From positions 1-62,996 of the forward strand of contig WOZP01000044.1 of NCBI GenBank assembly GCA_011620215.1: a stretch of 62,996 nucleotides of DNA, in the 5' to 3' direction. The notes below the pieces were generated by a model that was not told where the DNA came from, made no database searches, and was given only the letters and a program-made list of their open reading frames with translations. This document shows positions 1 to 11,785 of the stretch, piece after piece. This DNA is from Rugosibacter sp. GTDB taxonomy: Bacteria; Pseudomonadota; Gammaproteobacteria; Burkholderiales; Rhodocyclaceae. The stretch's first letter is position 1. Every line of letters begins with the position of its first letter. Made by a program: the position numbers and the translations under genes.

Positions 1-66
1 TGAGTTTGTTCATCATGGCTCCATTCTCTTGGAAAAAGGAGCCTCCTCAAAATCCGGGGCGGTTCA
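1..66 (-). mobile_element. Left end (IRL) and start of transposase OrfA of an IS3-family (IS51-group-like) insertion sequence, truncated by the window edge
   Basis: Minus strand from 66 reads TGAACCGCCCCGGATTTTGAGGAGGCTCC...AGAATGGAGCC-ATG ATG AAC AAA. TGAACCGCCCCGG is the typical terminus of IS51-group IS3 elements, followed by an RBS and ATG at 16/13. The rest lies outside the window. Confidence 0.75.
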
Positions 67-103
67 GGCCATGGCTTAAGCTAAAAGCCAACGCTAACTT
101 CAG

Positions 104-127
104 AAAGTCGGCGCTGGCGATACGGCG
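104..127 (+). repeat. Dispersed 24-bp motif, copy 1 (intergenic, between dut 3' end and the IS end)
   Basis: AAAGTCGGCGCTGGCGATACGGCG. Confidence 0.9.
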
Positions 128-148
128 AATAACGATTTATAAGGCTTT

Positions 149-610
149 TTACGCCTTGCCAGTACTACCAAACCCACCAGTTCCACGCTCGCTGGTCACA
201 AACTCATCCACAATATTAAAATTCACTTGCACAACAGGCACAATCACCAACTGCGCCAAACGATCAAGTGGATTAATCGTGAAGGTTTCATGACCGCGAT
301 TCCAGGTTGAAACAAATAACTCACCCTGGTAGTCTGAATCAATTAAGCCCACAAGATTCCCCAGCACAATACCGTGCTTATGCCCCAGACCTGAACGGGG
401 CAGAATCATGGCGGCCAGCGTCGAATCAGCGATATGCATTGCAATGCCTGTTGGGATCAGAATAGTCTCTCCAGGATGAATTTTCATGGCTGCATCAATA
501 CATGCACGCAAATCAATTCCCGCTGAGCCCGGCGTTGCATAATGCGGGGCGTAATGGCCGGAAGCCTCTTTCAGCCGCGCGTCCAACAGTTTCAAATCAA
601 TGGTTGGCAT
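149..610 (-). CDS. dut: dUTP diphosphatase
   Basis: Motifs [38 protein letters not shown]. Start set at MPTID (ORF track extends to 625). Confidence 0.95.
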   Translation of the reverse strand: MPTIDLKLLDARLKEASGHYAPHYATPGSAGIDLRACIDAAMKIHPGETILIPTGIAMHIADSTLAAMILPRSGLGHKHGIVLGNLVGLIDSDYQGELFVSTWNRGHETFTINPLDRLAQLVIVPVVQVNFNIVDEFVTSERGTGGFGSTGKA

Positions 611-1811
611 AGGGTTTCCCATCACATTTCTCCATCAAAGAAGCCAGATGCGCAACTATGCCACGCGCCACAATTATTTTTTTCGCGGGAGGTAGTGGAT
701 AAGCACCCGTTGCGTCAAACAGAGTGACTCGATTAGTCTCTCCACCCAGTCCGTCTTGCACCAGGTTTCCTACAACAAGCGCAAGTTTTTTTGCCTTCCG
801 CTTGGATTCCGCATAAGTTTCCAGATGCTGACTTTCCGCGGCAAAACCAACGCACAGTGGTGCGTCGAGTCGCGTAGCGACTTCTCCAAGAATATCGTCA
901 GTCGCCTCAAGCAGCAAGGTCAGCGACTTTCCATTTTTCTTGATTTTCTCTGCTGACACAGTCTTTGGCCGATAATCCGCCACAGCAGCAACACCAATAA
1001 ACACATCCTGACCCGGTAAATTTTTTAATACAGCCTCTCGCATCTGGGCACTTGTCTGCACATCTATTCTCATTACGTTATGTGGCGTAGGAAGCATCAC
1101 TGGACCAGCAACCATCGTCACTTCTGCTCCTGCCTCAACACACGCTTGTGCAAGCGCGAATCCCATTTTCCCGGAGCTCGAATTCGTTAATCCGCGCACG
1201 GGATCAATCGGCTCAAATGTCGGCCCCGCCGTTAATAAAACGCGCTTACCTGCGAGTAGCTTAGGCTGCAAAAACGCGTAAAGTTCATCAAAAATTGCCT
1301 CCGCTTCAAGCATGCGGCCGTCACCTACTTCGCCGCAGGCTTGATCCCCAGTGGCGGGGCCAAGGATTTTTACGCCATCGTGCCTTAACAAGACCATATT
1401 CCGTTGCGTGGCCGGGTTCTCCCACATTTGTCGATTCATTGCGGGAGCAACAAGCAAAGGGCAATCGCGCGCCAAGCATAAGGTAGACAACAAATCGTCA
1501 CAAACACCGTACGCCAATTTAGCCAGAACGTTAGCCGTTGCCGGAGCTATCAGCACCGCAGCAGCACCCCGCGTCAGGTCAATATGCGCCATGCCATTAC
1601 TCATGCGATCGTCCCATAAGGACTGCCACACAGGACGTCCTGTCAGTGACTGAAATGTCATGGCCCCAACAAATTCACTGCCTGCCTGCGTGAGTACAAC
1701 GTCAACGGTAGCGCCAGCCTTAACCAACAACCGCGAAAGCTCAGCCGCCTTGTAGGCTGCAATTCCTCCGGTGACTCCCAGCACGATACGCTTACCCGCA
1801 AAAGCACCCAT
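597..1811 (-). CDS. coaBC: Bifunctional phosphopantothenoylcysteine decarboxylase / phosphopantothenate--cysteine ligase
   Basis: [54 protein letters not shown]. Start approximate. Confidence 0.95.
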   Translation of the reverse strand: MGAFAGKRIVLGVTGGIAAYKAAELSRLLVKAGATVDVVLTQAGSEFVGAMTFQSLTGRPVWQSLWDDRMSNGMAHIDLTRGAAAVLIAPATANVLAKLAYGVCDDLLSTLCLARDCPLLVAPAMNRQMWENPATQRNMVLLRHDGVKILGPATGDQACGEVGDGRMLEAEAIFDELYAFLQPKLLAGKRVLLTAGPTFEPIDPVRGLTNSSSGKMGFALAQACVEAGAEVTMVAGPVMLPTPHNVMRIDVQTSAQMREAVLKNLPGQDVFIGVAAVADYRPKTVSAEKIKKNGKSLTLLLEATDDILGEVATRLDAPLCVGFAAESQHLETYAESKRKAKKLALVVGNLVQDGLGGETNRVTLFDATGAYPLPPAKKIIVARGIVAHLASLMEKCDGKPYANH

Positions 1812-1855
1812 GACATTACAATTCATAATTAGACGTTGATAAAGGATTGTAAACC

Positions 1856-2536
1856 ATGGCCATACGAGATTGGCCCGTTGCTGAACGTCCGCGCGAACGA
1901 TTATTGGCAAAAGGTGCGCCAGCGCTTTCTGATGCCGAACTTCTCGCCATCTTTCTGCGCGTGGGTATCCGAGGGAAAAGCGCTGTAGATCTAGCCCGTG
2001 ATTTATTAGCCCAATTCAATGGCGAGCTAGCCGAGTTAGCAGCAGCGAGTACAGCGAGTCTCGCCAAACTGCCTGGCATTGGCCCGGCAAAGGCCGCCCA
2101 ACTCAGTGCTGCGCTTGAATTAGCTCGTCGCTCCCTCATCAATCCTCTCAAGGAGCGCGATGCACTCACCTCGCCTCAAGCGGTGCGTGACTGGTTGCGT
2201 TTATCCTTGGGAGGGTTACAGCACGAGGTATTTGTCGCCCTGTGGCTTGACGCACAAAATCGCCTCATTTCCACTGAAGAACTTTTTCGTGGAACACTAA
2301 CCCAGACCAGCGTATATCCTCGTGAAGTGGTGAAACGCGCACTCGCCAATAATGCGGGTGCCGTCATCTTGGCGCACAACCATCCCTCCGGAGTCACTGA
2401 ACCATCGTCGACCGATATAGCACTCACTTCTACACTGAAGCAGGCACTCGCTTTAATTGAGGTTAAAGTACTCGATCATTTCGTCGTCGCATCGGGCACC
2501 ACACCGCTCTCCTTTGCCGAACGCGGATTAATCTGA
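1856..2536 (+). CDS. radC: RadC/JAB-domain protein (UPF0758)
   Basis: [31 protein letters not shown] motifs; conserved position between coaBC and rpmB. Confidence 0.95.
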   Translation: MAIRDWPVAERPRERLLAKGAPALSDAELLAIFLRVGIRGKSAVDLARDLLAQFNGELAELAAASTASLAKLPGIGPAKAAQLSAALELARRSLINPLKERDALTSPQAVRDWLRLSLGGLQHEVFVALWLDAQNRLISTEELFRGTLTQTSVYPREVVKRALANNAGAVILAHNHPSGVTEPSSTDIALTSTLKQALALIEVKVLDHFVVASGTTPLSFAERGLI

Positions 2537-2610
2537 AAATGAGTGGGCATCTAGCGTATTATTTGGTATACTGTCCAGCTTTGCAGAATCAGCATTCAGG
2601 AGCACTAAAC

Positions 2611-2847
2611 ATGTCGCGCGTATGCCAAGTGACGGGCAAAGCCCCAATGGTGGGAAATAACGTTTCCCATGCTAACAATAAAACCAAACGCCGCTTTCTA
2701 CCCAATCTACATAATCGTCGGTTTTGGGTTGAAGCTGAAAATCGTTTTGTCAGCTTGCGTGTTTCAAACGCAGGTTTACGTACGATTGATAAAAAAGGCA
2801 TCGACGTGATTCTCGCCGAGTTACGTGAACGTGGCGAACGCGCCTAA
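2611..2847 (+). CDS. rpmB: 50S ribosomal protein L28
   Basis: [10 protein letters not shown]...[19 protein letters not shown]; AGGAG RBS before ATG 2611. Confidence 0.97.
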   Translation: MSRVCQVTGKAPMVGNNVSHANNKTKRRFLPNLHNRRFWVEAENRFVSLRVSNAGLRTIDKKGIDVILAELRERGERA

Positions 2848-2861
2848 TCAGGAGAAAAATC

Positions 2862-3029
2862 ATGGCCAAAGGCGGACGCGAAAAAATTAAATTGGAATCA
2901 ACAGCAGGCACAGGTCACTTTTACACGACCTCAAAAAACAAAAAAACAACTCCAGGCAAGCTAGAGTTTATTAAGTATGATCCAAAGGTGCGCAAGCACG
3001 TAGCTTACAAAGAAGTAAAGCTTAAATAA
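2862..3029 (+). CDS. rpmG: 50S ribosomal protein L33 (absent from the ORF track, 55 aa)
   Basis: Hand translation: [55 protein letters not shown]; AGGAG RBS. Confidence 0.97.
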   Translation: MAKGGREKIKLESTAGTGHFYTTSKNKKTTPGKLEFIKYDPKVRKHVAYKEVKLK

Positions 3030-3072
3030 GTCTTATAGACTCGATTATTCATATTGCTTATTTATTCTTGAT

Positions 3073-3113
3073 CGATAAAAAAAAGCCCGCTTTTGGCGGG
3101 CTTTTTTTTATCG
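3073..3113. terminator. Bidirectional intrinsic terminator between rpmG and the desaturase gene
   Basis: A8-GCCCGC-TTTTG-GCGGGC-T8 hairpin between convergent genes. Confidence 0.9.
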
Positions 3114-3140
3114 GAAATTCTCTCTCTTTATCTCTTTATG

Positions 3141-4304
3141 TTATACGGCGTAGGTTCTTAGCCTTGAAGAAAACTCTTCCATTTGCCTAATACCACTTTG
3201 CTCAGCACTTGTAATCCAATCCTCTAACTGCTTAACTAGCTGATCATGTGTAGCGGTTGATCGTCCCCATAAAGCTTCAAGATCTTTTCGCATGGCATAG
3301 ACCCGCGCCAGACGCTCACTCTGCCTTAGCAAGGCTGCCAGTCTCGCATGCTGTGCAATGGGGAGACTGCTTTCTTCTCTGCCCAACAAGTGCTTCATCA
3401 AACGCCCCTCTTTGGCATCGATGCTCAATTGCGTAAATTCCTCAGATGCCAAATGGTGCAAGCTCTTCACATATTTTGCCAATACGTCATACCGATGGGT
3501 AACTACTGCCTGTAACAGATCAAGATCAATGGTCGGCCTTGCCAGGTGAAAGCGAGGTGTCGGAGCAATTTTTTTTACTTTTGCTAGACCAACAATCTCA
3601 AGCAATCGGATATAAAACCAACCAATATCAAATTCATACCACTTGTTGGAAAGCTTTGCCGAAGAAGCAAACGTGTGATGGTTATTGTGCAACTCTTCCC
3701 CGCCAATCAGAATGCCAAGAGGAAAAATATTTGTCGACGCATCAGAACAAGCAAAGTTTCGATATCCCCAATAGTGGCCTATCCCATTAATCACCCCGGC
3801 AGCCCAAAAGGGAATCCAGATCATTTGAATAACCCAAATCAAACCTCCTATCCAGGGACCAAACAAAACGAGATTAATCCCCAGCATGATAAACACGCCT
3901 AGCTTATTTAGTGGGGTATAGATCACACGCTCAAGCCAGTCATCAGGCGTCCCGTGCCCATAATGCATCATGGTTTCAGCATTGCGGGATTCTTTTACAT
4001 AGAAGAAGACGCCTGTCCATAACACCGGCTGAATACCCAGAATCTGCGGGCTGTGTGGATCCTCGACTGTTTCACATTTTGCATGATGTTTCCGATGGAT
4101 TGCAGCCCATTCTTTGGTAACCATACCTGTTGTTAGCCAAAGCCAAAATCGAAAAAAATGGCTGGGTAGAGGCGATAAATCCAACGCACGGTGTGCTTGG
4201 TGTCGATGAAGATATATCGTGACACCAACAATACTAATATGGGTCAGTCCCAAGGTTAAAACAACATATCCCCACCACGACAACTCAATAATTCCAAAAT
4301 ACAT
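3141..4304 (-). CDS. Membrane fatty acid (delta-9 acyl-lipid/CoA) desaturase, DesA-type
   Basis: His boxes HRHQAH, HRKHH, HNNHH plus hydrophobic segments. Confidence 0.9.
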   Translation of the reverse strand: MYFGIIELSWWGYVVLTLGLTHISIVGVTIYLHRHQAHRALDLSPLPSHFFRFWLWLTTGMVTKEWAAIHRKHHAKCETVEDPHSPQILGIQPVLWTGVFFYVKESRNAETMMHYGHGTPDDWLERVIYTPLNKLGVFIMLGINLVLFGPWIGGLIWVIQMIWIPFWAAGVINGIGHYWGYRNFACSDASTNIFPLGILIGGEELHNNHHTFASSAKLSNKWYEFDIGWFYIRLLEIVGLAKVKKIAPTPRFHLARPTIDLDLLQAVVTHRYDVLAKYVKSLHHLASEEFTQLSIDAKEGRLMKHLLGREESSLPIAQHARLAALLRQSERLARVYAMRKDLEALWGRSTATHDQLVKQLEDWITSAEQSGIRQMEEFSSRLRTYAV

Positions 4305-4368
4305 GCAAATGATTCCTTGATAGAAATTTATAGGGGGTGGATATTTCTTAGCATTCTACCTGAGCAAA

Positions 4369-5481
4369 TCAACCACAATTGTTCAGGTAACCACTCATGA
4401 GACGTCTGTAATACTCGTGGAAGTGTTGCATTCCATCTTCCATTGGCGATTGATAAGGACCTATCTCGCTTCGACCTTGCTTCATCAAGGCATATCGACC
4501 TCGATCCATACGCATGGCGATATCGTCATCCTCTAACGCTGTTTCCATATAAGCCGCCTGCTCAGCTTGAATAAATTCTGGTTCAAAGAGCGCAATGTCC
4601 TCAGGATAATAAAACTCAACGACATTAAGCGTTTTATTCACATCCTGTGGGATTAGCCTGGAAACAACGAGTACTTGCGGGTACCACTCCACCATAATAT
4701 TGGGGTAGTAAGTTAACCAAATTGCACCACTCTTTGGCAACTCACCATTATGGTAATCAAGAACGACTTTATGCCACCGCTGATAAATTGCTGAGCCCGG
4801 CTTTGCAAGTGATTGGATGCCCACTTGCTGTACTGAGTACCAATCAGAAAATTGCCAGCTAAGATCATCACACGTTACGAAGCCCCCTAGCCCGGGATGA
4901 TAGGGGGTGACATGATAATCCTCTAAGTAAACCTCAATAAACGTCTTCCAATTGTAGTTGCATTCATGCAACTCAACACGATCTAGCCTGTAGCCCTTAA
5001 AATCAAACATGTTTTTAAAACGCATCCCTGCCAAATCCGCACCGGCAGAGCGGGGGCCCTTGAATAACAAACCTTGCCAATTTTCAAGCTTTTGTTTCTT
5101 CAAGCTTAATGCGGGGTTAGAGAAAAAATGCGGCGCACCGACTAACGTACCACCGCAGTCGTAAGTCCACCGATGAATAGGGCAAACAATATTTTTTGCA
5201 TTTCCTGAGCCTTCGAGCATAATTGCTTGCCGATGACGGCAGACATTTGACATTTCATACATACCATCGGGCTGCTGAATGAGCATCCGTCCGTGGTCAC
5301 TCCATTCTTGTGAGCGATAGTCATTCACGTTTGGTACCATCAACTCATGGCCAACGTAATTCGCCCCTGCCTCAAAAATTACTTTTTGTTCCGACTCGAA
5401 AAGTTTTTCATCAAAATACCATTCCACCGGCAATTGTGGAGCAGCAGGTGACAAAAGAGAATATGGAAGAGTGTCAGACAT
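4369..5481 (-). CDS. Rieske [2Fe-2S] aromatic-ring-hydroxylating-oxygenase-like alpha subunit
   Basis: CRH...CPIH Rieske motif and EDYHVTPYH mononuclear Fe site. Start set at MSDTL. Confidence 0.88.
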   Translation of the reverse strand: MSDTLPYSLLSPAAPQLPVEWYFDEKLFESEQKVIFEAGANYVGHELMVPNVNDYRSQEWSDHGRMLIQQPDGMYEMSNVCRHRQAIMLEGSGNAKNIVCPIHRWTYDCGGTLVGAPHFFSNPALSLKKQKLENWQGLLFKGPRSAGADLAGMRFKNMFDFKGYRLDRVELHECNYNWKTFIEVYLEDYHVTPYHPGLGGFVTCDDLSWQFSDWYSVQQVGIQSLAKPGSAIYQRWHKVVLDYHNGELPKSGAIWLTYYPNIMVEWYPQVLVVSRLIPQDVNKTLNVVEFYYPEDIALFEPEFIQAEQAAYMETALEDDDIAMRMDRGRYALMKQGRSEIGPYQSPMEDGMQHFHEYYRRLMSGYLNNCG

Positions 5482-5686
5482 AGTTTCCAACCACCAAGAA
5501 AAGTTTACGAGGAAACTGAAAACAATTGAGGTAGGTCGAAGTGATTTAATAGCAAAAGAAAATCGGCTCAACGCCGACTGTCGTATTGTAGCGCGTAACG
5601 AATTTGACCGAAAGCCGCCCCTAATCTATTTTTATAACCTTTTCTTGTTATCGACTATTGTCTTTGACTAACACAGCACCCTCATC

Positions 5687-5953
5687 ATGAAAACTACCCC
5701 GAAAAAACCCTCTACGCTGATAGAATCACAGTCCTTTGAAGATGTTCTCACCGAATTGGAAAGCATCATTAGCGCCATGGAAGCTGGTCAAATGCCGCTT
5801 CAAGAAACATTAGATGTCTACAAACGTGGAATGATTTTGCTTCGCCAGTGCCAAGAGACCCTCAATGCAGCTGAGCAGCAAATACGCATCCTTGAAAACA
5901 ACACCCTGCGCCCATTCAAACCAGACACTTTTAGTGAACTGGAAGACAAATAA
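5687..5953 (+). CDS. xseB: Exodeoxyribonuclease VII small subunit
   Basis: SFEDVLTELESII...LQETL...YKRG...CQETLNAAEQQI; xseB-ispA-dxs synteny. Confidence 0.92.
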   Translation: MKTTPKKPSTLIESQSFEDVLTELESIISAMEAGQMPLQETLDVYKRGMILLRQCQETLNAAEQQIRILENNTLRPFKPDTFSELEDK

Positions 5954-5959
5954 ATAACT

Positions 5960-6844
5960 ATGAATTTTCTCGGCTGGGCCGCTAGCATTCAGCAAAGAAC
6001 AGAGGTTGCGCTCGAGTTAGCCCTACCCCCATCACACATTTCACCCACTCGCTTGCACGACGCAATGCGCTATGCCGTACTTGGTGGAGGAAAACGAGTC
6101 AGGCCATTGCTTTGTCATGCTACAGGCGATCTTTTTAAAGCAACATTACATTCTTTGGATATGGCAGCGATTGCCACTGAACTCATTCATGCGTATTCAC
6201 TCATACACGATGACTTACCCTGTATGGACAATGACGTGCTCCGACGTGGCAAACCAACATGCCATATTGAGTTTGATGAAGTAACTGCTCTGCTTGCTGG
6301 TGATGCGCTTCAAGCGCTTGCATTTCACGTACTGTCATCCCACTCACTAGATGTCGATTTATCACATCAGCTTGATATGCTTAACCTTCTGGCCACTGCG
6401 TCGGGATCACGCGGAATGGCTGGCGGTCAAGCGCTTGACATTGCCTCGACGAATCAACAGCTAACCATTGCGGAACTTGAATTGATGCACATTCACAAAA
6501 CGGGGGCATTGATTCGTGCCGCTGTTCTTCTTGGAGCACATTGCGGTAAAGCAACATCAAGCGAATTAGACCAACTAAGCCACTTTGCCACTCGACTCGG
6601 CTTGTTGTTTCAAATTATCGACGATATTCTTGATATAGAAAGTGATACAGCCACGCTTGGGAAAACTGCAGGTAAGGATGTAGCCCAAAACAAATCAACC
6701 TATGTCAGCTTATTGGGAAAAACTCAAGCCAAAGAGCTTGCCGTATGCCTGTTGCATGAATCGCATGCTGCGCTATCCTCATTCGGAGATCGCGCATTAC
6801 GTCTGCATGAATTAACTGACTTCATCGCAGAGCGAAATTTCTAA
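5960..6844 (+). CDS. ispA: Farnesyl diphosphate synthase
   Basis: [36 protein letters not shown]. Confidence 0.95.
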   Translation: MNFLGWAASIQQRTEVALELALPPSHISPTRLHDAMRYAVLGGGKRVRPLLCHATGDLFKATLHSLDMAAIATELIHAYSLIHDDLPCMDNDVLRRGKPTCHIEFDEVTALLAGDALQALAFHVLSSHSLDVDLSHQLDMLNLLATASGSRGMAGGQALDIASTNQQLTIAELELMHIHKTGALIRAAVLLGAHCGKATSSELDQLSHFATRLGLLFQIIDDILDIESDTATLGKTAGKDVAQNKSTYVSLLGKTQAKELAVCLLHESHAALSSFGDRALRLHELTDFIAERNF

Positions 6845-8697
6845 TGACACCTTTGCTTGATACGATTCAGTCCCCCACGGACCTTCGATTACTTTCCCCA
6901 CATCAACTACCGCAGTTAGCCGATGAATTACGTCAATTTTTACTTGAGTCTGTCGCAAAAACAGGCGGTCACTTATCTTCCAATCTTGGCACCATCGAAC
7001 TAACGATCGCACTCCACTATGTCTTCAATACACCGGAAGACCGACTAGTCTGGGATGTGGGACATCAAACATACGCCCATAAAGTGCTTACTGGCCGAAG
7101 AGAAGGCATGGCGAGCTTGCGTATGCATAAGGGAATGTCCGGCTTCCCTAAACGGACTGAAAGTATTTACGACTCCTTTGGAGTTGGCCATTCGTCAACA
7201 TCTATCTCTGCTGCGCTTGGTATGGCTGTCGCGGCACGCAATAAGGGGGAAGAGCGTCAGGTTGCTGCCATCATTGGGGATGGTGCCATGTCTGCCGGCC
7301 AGGCATTTGAGGCTCTAAATAATGGCGGCACGCTTGATGCGAACTTACTCGTCATACTAAACGACAATGACATGTCCATTTCGCCACCTGTTGGAGCACT
7401 GAACAAATACCTGGCCCGATTACTCTCTGGTAGAACCTTCAATGCAGCGCGCCGAGCAGGTGGAAAAGTGCTATCGGCTGTGCCTAGTATGCGTGAGTTT
7501 GCTAGCCGAGTTGAAGAGCATGTCAAAGGAATGATTTCGCCAGGCACTTTATTCGAAGAGTTAGGTTTTAACTACATCGGCCCCATCGACGGTCATGATC
7601 TAGATGCATTGATTCCCACTCTACAGAATTTACGTCGGCTCCAAGGGCCTCAGTTTCTACATGTGATCACTAAAAAAGGGCAAGGTTATAAACTTGCAGA
7701 AACTGATCCAGTGCTATATCACGGAGTCAGTAAATTCGATACTACCTGCGGAATCAAGCCCGCAAAAAGCAGCAGCAAGCTAACCTACACACAGGTATTT
7801 AGCGACTGGTTATGCGATCAAGCTGCTAGCGACTCACGCCTCATCGGCATTACCCCTGCCATGCGTGAAGGCTCAGGCTTGTTACGCTTTTCACAGGCTT
7901 TTCCCGATCGCTACTTTGATGTAGGCATTGCTGAGCAACATGCACTGACATTTGCTGCCGGATTGGCATGTGAAGGTATGAAACCAGTCGTTGCAATTTA
8001 CTCGACGTTTTTACAGCGGGCCTATGACCAACTCATCCACGATATTGCCTTGCAAAATTTACCTGTTGTATTTGCGATTGATCGTGGTGGCCTTGTAGGA
8101 GCGGACGGCGCAACACATAATGGGGCTTTTGACCTTTCTTACCTCACCTGTATCCCCAACATGATGGTAATGACGCCGAGTGATGAGGATGAATGTCGAA
8201 AAATGCTCTCTACTGCCTTTTCTGCTGATGGCCCAGTAGCCGTTCGATATCCGCGTGGCAGTGGATCCGGAATAACGGTACAGTCTGATTTATCAACGCT
8301 CGCCATAGGTAAAGGCGAAGTAAAGCGCCAAGGCAAGCACATAGCTCTGCTGGCATTTGGCTCCATGCTAACGCCAGCGCTAGCTGCGGGTGAATTACTT
8401 GATGCCACCGTAGTCAACATGCGATTCGTGAAACCTATTGACCACGAACTTATCGCTACATTGGCCCTAAGTCACGAGTTATTAATATCGGTTGAAGAAA
8501 ATACCATTATCGGTGGTGCCGGGGCTGAAGTAGCCCGCGCCCTTGAAGAGTCAGGAAACAGAGTGCCTCTTTTACGGCTTGGATTACCGGATCACTTCAT
8601 CGATCAAGGAGATAGTGCCACGCTATTATCTGATGTCGGGCTTGATCCTGCAGGTATTGTCAGCGCGGTGTGTAAAAAGCTAGCCGCCAATAGTTGA
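6844..8697 (+). CDS. dxs: 1-deoxy-D-xylulose-5-phosphate synthase
   Basis: [19 protein letters not shown]...LNDN TPP motif, GIAEQHA, DGATH. Confidence 0.97.
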   Translation: MTPLLDTIQSPTDLRLLSPHQLPQLADELRQFLLESVAKTGGHLSSNLGTIELTIALHYVFNTPEDRLVWDVGHQTYAHKVLTGRREGMASLRMHKGMSGFPKRTESIYDSFGVGHSSTSISAALGMAVAARNKGEERQVAAIIGDGAMSAGQAFEALNNGGTLDANLLVILNDNDMSISPPVGALNKYLARLLSGRTFNAARRAGGKVLSAVPSMREFASRVEEHVKGMISPGTLFEELGFNYIGPIDGHDLDALIPTLQNLRRLQGPQFLHVITKKGQGYKLAETDPVLYHGVSKFDTTCGIKPAKSSSKLTYTQVFSDWLCDQAASDSRLIGITPAMREGSGLLRFSQAFPDRYFDVGIAEQHALTFAAGLACEGMKPVVAIYSTFLQRAYDQLIHDIALQNLPVVFAIDRGGLVGADGATHNGAFDLSYLTCIPNMMVMTPSDEDECRKMLSTAFSADGPVAVRYPRGSGSGITVQSDLSTLAIGKGEVKRQGKHIALLAFGSMLTPALAAGELLDATVVNMRFVKPIDHELIATLALSHELLISVEENTIIGGAGAEVARALEESGNRVPLLRLGLPDHFIDQGDSATLLSDVGLDPAGIVSAVCKKLAANS

Positions 8698-8759
8698 CTA
8701 ATTTTGTCGGAAAATATACAGTCCATCACACACTTTTATGTGTTAGATGCTAAAAACTT

Positions 8760-9584
8760 ATGAATTCTAGGATACCTATGCCTGATCAAAATACGGCTGT
8801 CATACCTGATGTACAGGCAAGCGAAGATTTACGCCATTTACCAATCAACCGTGTTGGCATTAAATCAATTCGTCACCCATTCAAAATTCTTGATAAAAGC
8901 GGTGGTATAAGACACACGATCGCTGACTTCAATATGTACGTAGGGCTACCGCATAACTTCAAGGGTACGCATATGTCGCGTTTCGTTGAAATCCTTAACT
9001 CACACGAAGATGAAATTTCGGTTGAAAGTTTTGAAACCATGTTGCGTGAAATGGTAATCCGTTTAGAAGCTCAAATGGGTTATCTTGAAATGCACTTTCC
9101 TTACTTCGTTAACAAAACAGCCCCTGTTTCTGGCGTTAAAAGCCTCATGGACTATGACGTAGCGTTTATCGGTGAAATCCTCTCCAACGGCGAGTACCGA
9201 CAAACCATCAAGGTGTTGGTGCCGGTTACCAGCTTATGCCCTTGCTCCAAGAAAATTTCAGAGCGTGGCGCACACAATCAGCGCTCACACGTGACTATCA
9301 CGGCCACAACCAACACCCTTGTGTGGATTGAGGATTTGATTAATATCGCTGAAAGCCAAGCCTCTTGCGAACTTTACGGTCTACTTAAACGACCTGACGA
9401 GAAATTTGTCACCGAACGCGCATATGATAATCCTAAGTTTGTCGAAGATCTTGTTCGGGACGTTGCCAGCGTATTGAATGCCGATCAGCGCATTGATGCT
9501 TACAGCGTTGAAAGCGAGAACTTCGAATCAATTCACAATCATTCTGCTTATGCGATGATTGAGAAAGATAAAAAAGCTCGCTAA
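8760..9584 (+). CDS. folE2: GTP cyclohydrolase IB (FolE2)
   Basis: [38 protein letters not shown]. Confidence 0.95.
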   Translation: MNSRIPMPDQNTAVIPDVQASEDLRHLPINRVGIKSIRHPFKILDKSGGIRHTIADFNMYVGLPHNFKGTHMSRFVEILNSHEDEISVESFETMLREMVIRLEAQMGYLEMHFPYFVNKTAPVSGVKSLMDYDVAFIGEILSNGEYRQTIKVLVPVTSLCPCSKKISERGAHNQRSHVTITATTNTLVWIEDLINIAESQASCELYGLLKRPDEKFVTERAYDNPKFVEDLVRDVASVLNADQRIDAYSVESENFESIHNHSAYAMIEKDKKAR

Positions 9585-9633
9585 TCCACATCAAGTGCGA
9601 ACTAAAACCTATTTTTATTCTTTGTAAAAATAT

Positions 9634-9671
9634 AAAAAGGGCCGCGCATCATTTGATACGCGGCCCTTTTT
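9634..9671. terminator. Bidirectional intrinsic terminator between folE2 and rplS
   Basis: AAAAAGGGCCGCG...CGCGGCCCTTTTT inverted repeat. Confidence 0.85.
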
Positions 9672-9724
9672 AGCTAATCAATAAAATAATTAACTCAGCA
9701 TCAGCTATGACGCTTTAAAAAACT

Positions 9725-10093
9725 TTAAACGCGCGCCTTTCTCGTCAGTTTTTCCTTAATACGCGCAGACTTCCCTGAGCGATCACGCAAATAATAAAGC
9801 TTGGCACGACGTACATCGCCACGGCGCTTGATCTCAACGCTGGCAATCACTGGGGAGTAGGTTTGAAACGTACGCTCAACGCCTTCGCCTGAAGAAATTT
9901 TACGTACAATGAAATTTGAATTTAAGCCACGATTACGCTTAGCAACAACCACGCCTTCAAAAGCCTGAGTACGCTTTCGATCACCCTCAAACACATTGAC
10001 ATTAACAATGACCGTATCGCCTGGAGCAAAATCAGGAATAACTTTTGCCAACCGCGCAATTTCTTCTTTTTCCAACTGTTCAATCAGATTCAT
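9725..10093 (-). CDS. rplS: 50S ribosomal protein L19
   Basis: [25 protein letters not shown]. Confidence 0.97.
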   Translation of the reverse strand: MNLIEQLEKEEIARLAKVIPDFAPGDTVIVNVNVFEGDRKRTQAFEGVVVAKRNRGLNSNFIVRKISSGEGVERTFQTYSPVIASVEIKRRGDVRRAKLYYLRDRSGKSARIKEKLTRKARV

Positions 10094-10177
10094 TGATTAC
10101 TCCATTCAATTAATTATGGCTGCAGATCTAGCCTGCCAACCGTTTACAAAGAGCAGAGTCGCCTCTGGTATGTAGTT

Positions 10178-10921
10178 TTATTTACCATTTCGCTGGAACT
10201 CTCTCAGCAATTTGGCCTCTTCTTGGCTCAAAAACCGTTCCTGCAAAAGATCCGGCCGTCTCTGCCATGTTCGCCCTAGCGCTTGTTTCATGCGCCAAAG
10301 ACGAATTTTTTCATGATTCCCTGATAACAAAACATCAGGAACCTCGCATCCCTCGTACACTTCTGGCCGCGTGTAATGTGGCCAGTCTAACAAACCTGAA
10401 GAAAAAGAGTCCTCAACTACCGACGACTCATCACTCAAGGCTTCCGGCAAGTAACGAATACAGGCATCCATCAAGGCCATTGCCGCAATTTCACCACCAG
10501 ATAAAACAAAATCACCGAGTGATAACTCTTCATCAACACATCGGTCAATGAGCCGCTCATCAATCCCTTCATAGCGGCCACACAACAGAATCGCACCCGG
10601 GCCTGCTGCTAGTTCAATCACCCGTTGCTGCTTGATCGGCGCACCCTGCGGAGAAAGATAAATTACTTTCGCCGCATCACCAGCGCCGACTTTTGCCGCC
10701 TGAATTGCACATTCCAATGGACCAGCCATCATGACCATACCGGGCCCGCCACCATAAGGACGATCATCTACTGTTCGATGAATATCATTCGCCCACTGCC
10801 GAGGATTCCAGCACTCTAACTGCCAGAGCTTGCGAGTCAGCGCCCTCCGCGTGATTCCTGATTCGGTAATTGCCGAAAACATTTCAGGAAACAGGGTTAT
10901 GACATCAAATCGCAAGATCAC
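10178..10921 (-). CDS. trmD: tRNA (guanine37-N1)-methyltransferase
   Basis: [36 protein letters not shown]. Start approximate. Confidence 0.97.
   Translation of the reverse strand: MILRFDVITLFPEMFSAITESGITRRALTRKLWQLECWNPRQWANDIHRTVDDRPYGGGPGMVMMAGPLECAIQAAKVGAGDAAKVIYLSPQGAPIKQQRVIELAAGPGAILLCGRYEGIDERLIDRCVDEELSLGDFVLSGGEIAAMALMDACIRYLPEALSDESSVVEDSFSSGLLDWPHYTRPEVYEGCEVPDVLLSGNHEKIRLWRMKQALGRTWQRRPDLLQERFLSQEEAKLLREFQRNGK
10670..10693 (-). repeat. Dispersed 24-bp motif, copy 2 (inside trmD, encodes KVGAGDAA)
   Basis: Minus strand AAAGTCGGCGCTGGTGATGCGGCG. Confidence 0.9.
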
Positions 10922-11424
10922 CAGTCAACATCCCAATCGACGTGGATCATTTTCCCGGGAACATCAACCCGCTTTACTACATGCTCAACAAACGGCAACA
11001 ATCTTTCATTTTTCTCGGATGCAACAACTAAAACATTGTGTGCACCCGTTTCCAGCAGAGATTTCACGTTACCCAGCAACTGCCCTTGCAGGTTTACAAC
11101 ACTTAGGTCTGTCAGATCATCCCAATAATATTCACCGAGCTTAACTGGCGGTAACTCATCACGCAGCACACCAATAAAACAACCATCGATTGACTCCGAC
11201 ATATCGCGGTCCTCGATACCGGCAAGCTTGGCAACCAGGCTATTAGCATGGACTTTAATAGCCTCCGGCACATAAGCCCTCCACTGATCGGGCGGAGCAT
11301 CCGCTGTCAAGGACAGCCACCAATGCGAAATCGTTCCCCATGACAGTGGGTCGTCACCAAATGGGTGTATGCGCAACCAACCCCGAACACCAAACGGGGC
11401 AATAATCCGCCCCAACACAATCAT
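10918..11424 (-). CDS. rimM: Ribosome maturation factor RimM
   Basis: [37 protein letters not shown]; rpsP-rimM-trmD-rplS operon. Confidence 0.95.
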   Translation of the reverse strand: MIVLGRIIAPFGVRGWLRIHPFGDDPLSWGTISHWWLSLTADAPPDQWRAYVPEAIKVHANSLVAKLAGIEDRDMSESIDGCFIGVLRDELPPVKLGEYYWDDLTDLSVVNLQGQLLGNVKSLLETGAHNVLVVASEKNERLLPFVEHVVKRVDVPGKMIHVDWDVDW

Positions 11425-11430
11425 GGTATA

Positions 11431-11685
11431 TCAGGCAACTTTTTTCACGCCAGACTGCTTCACTAGGCGCGCAGCAGTAGACGAAAGTTGGGCACCATGC
11501 TGCTGCCAGTAAGCCAAGCGTTCGGCATTGATGACTAAACCTTGCTCTGTTGCCGCAGCAATTGGATTGTAAAAACCAATGCGCTCAATAAAGCGGCCAT
11601 CGCGGCGATTACGCGAATCAGTAACCACCATATTGAAAAACGGACGGTTCTTTGCACCACCTCGGGCTAAACGAATAACTACCAT
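11431..11685 (-). CDS. rpsP: 30S ribosomal protein S16
   Basis: [16 protein letters not shown]...[19 protein letters not shown]. Confidence 0.97.
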   Translation of the reverse strand: MVVIRLARGGAKNRPFFNMVVTDSRNRRDGRFIERIGFYNPIAAATEQGLVINAERLAYWQQHGAQLSSTAARLVKQSGVKKVA

Positions 11686-11785
11686 AGTGTTCTCTTCAAG
11701 TACAGGAAAGCAAAAAATTATAATTCAAACAAGAGGATAAAACAAGGTACTTTCCTTATCACTCCATCCATATCTTGTCGCGTTC

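Noticed and set aside
6-293. 95-aa plus-strand ORF
   Set aside because: It is antisense to dut and to the IS end and has no recognisable motifs.
1856-2536. radC as a marker of a mobile or anti-defence element
   Set aside because: It is the full-length chromosomal form in the usual coaBC-radC-rpmB-rpmG context.
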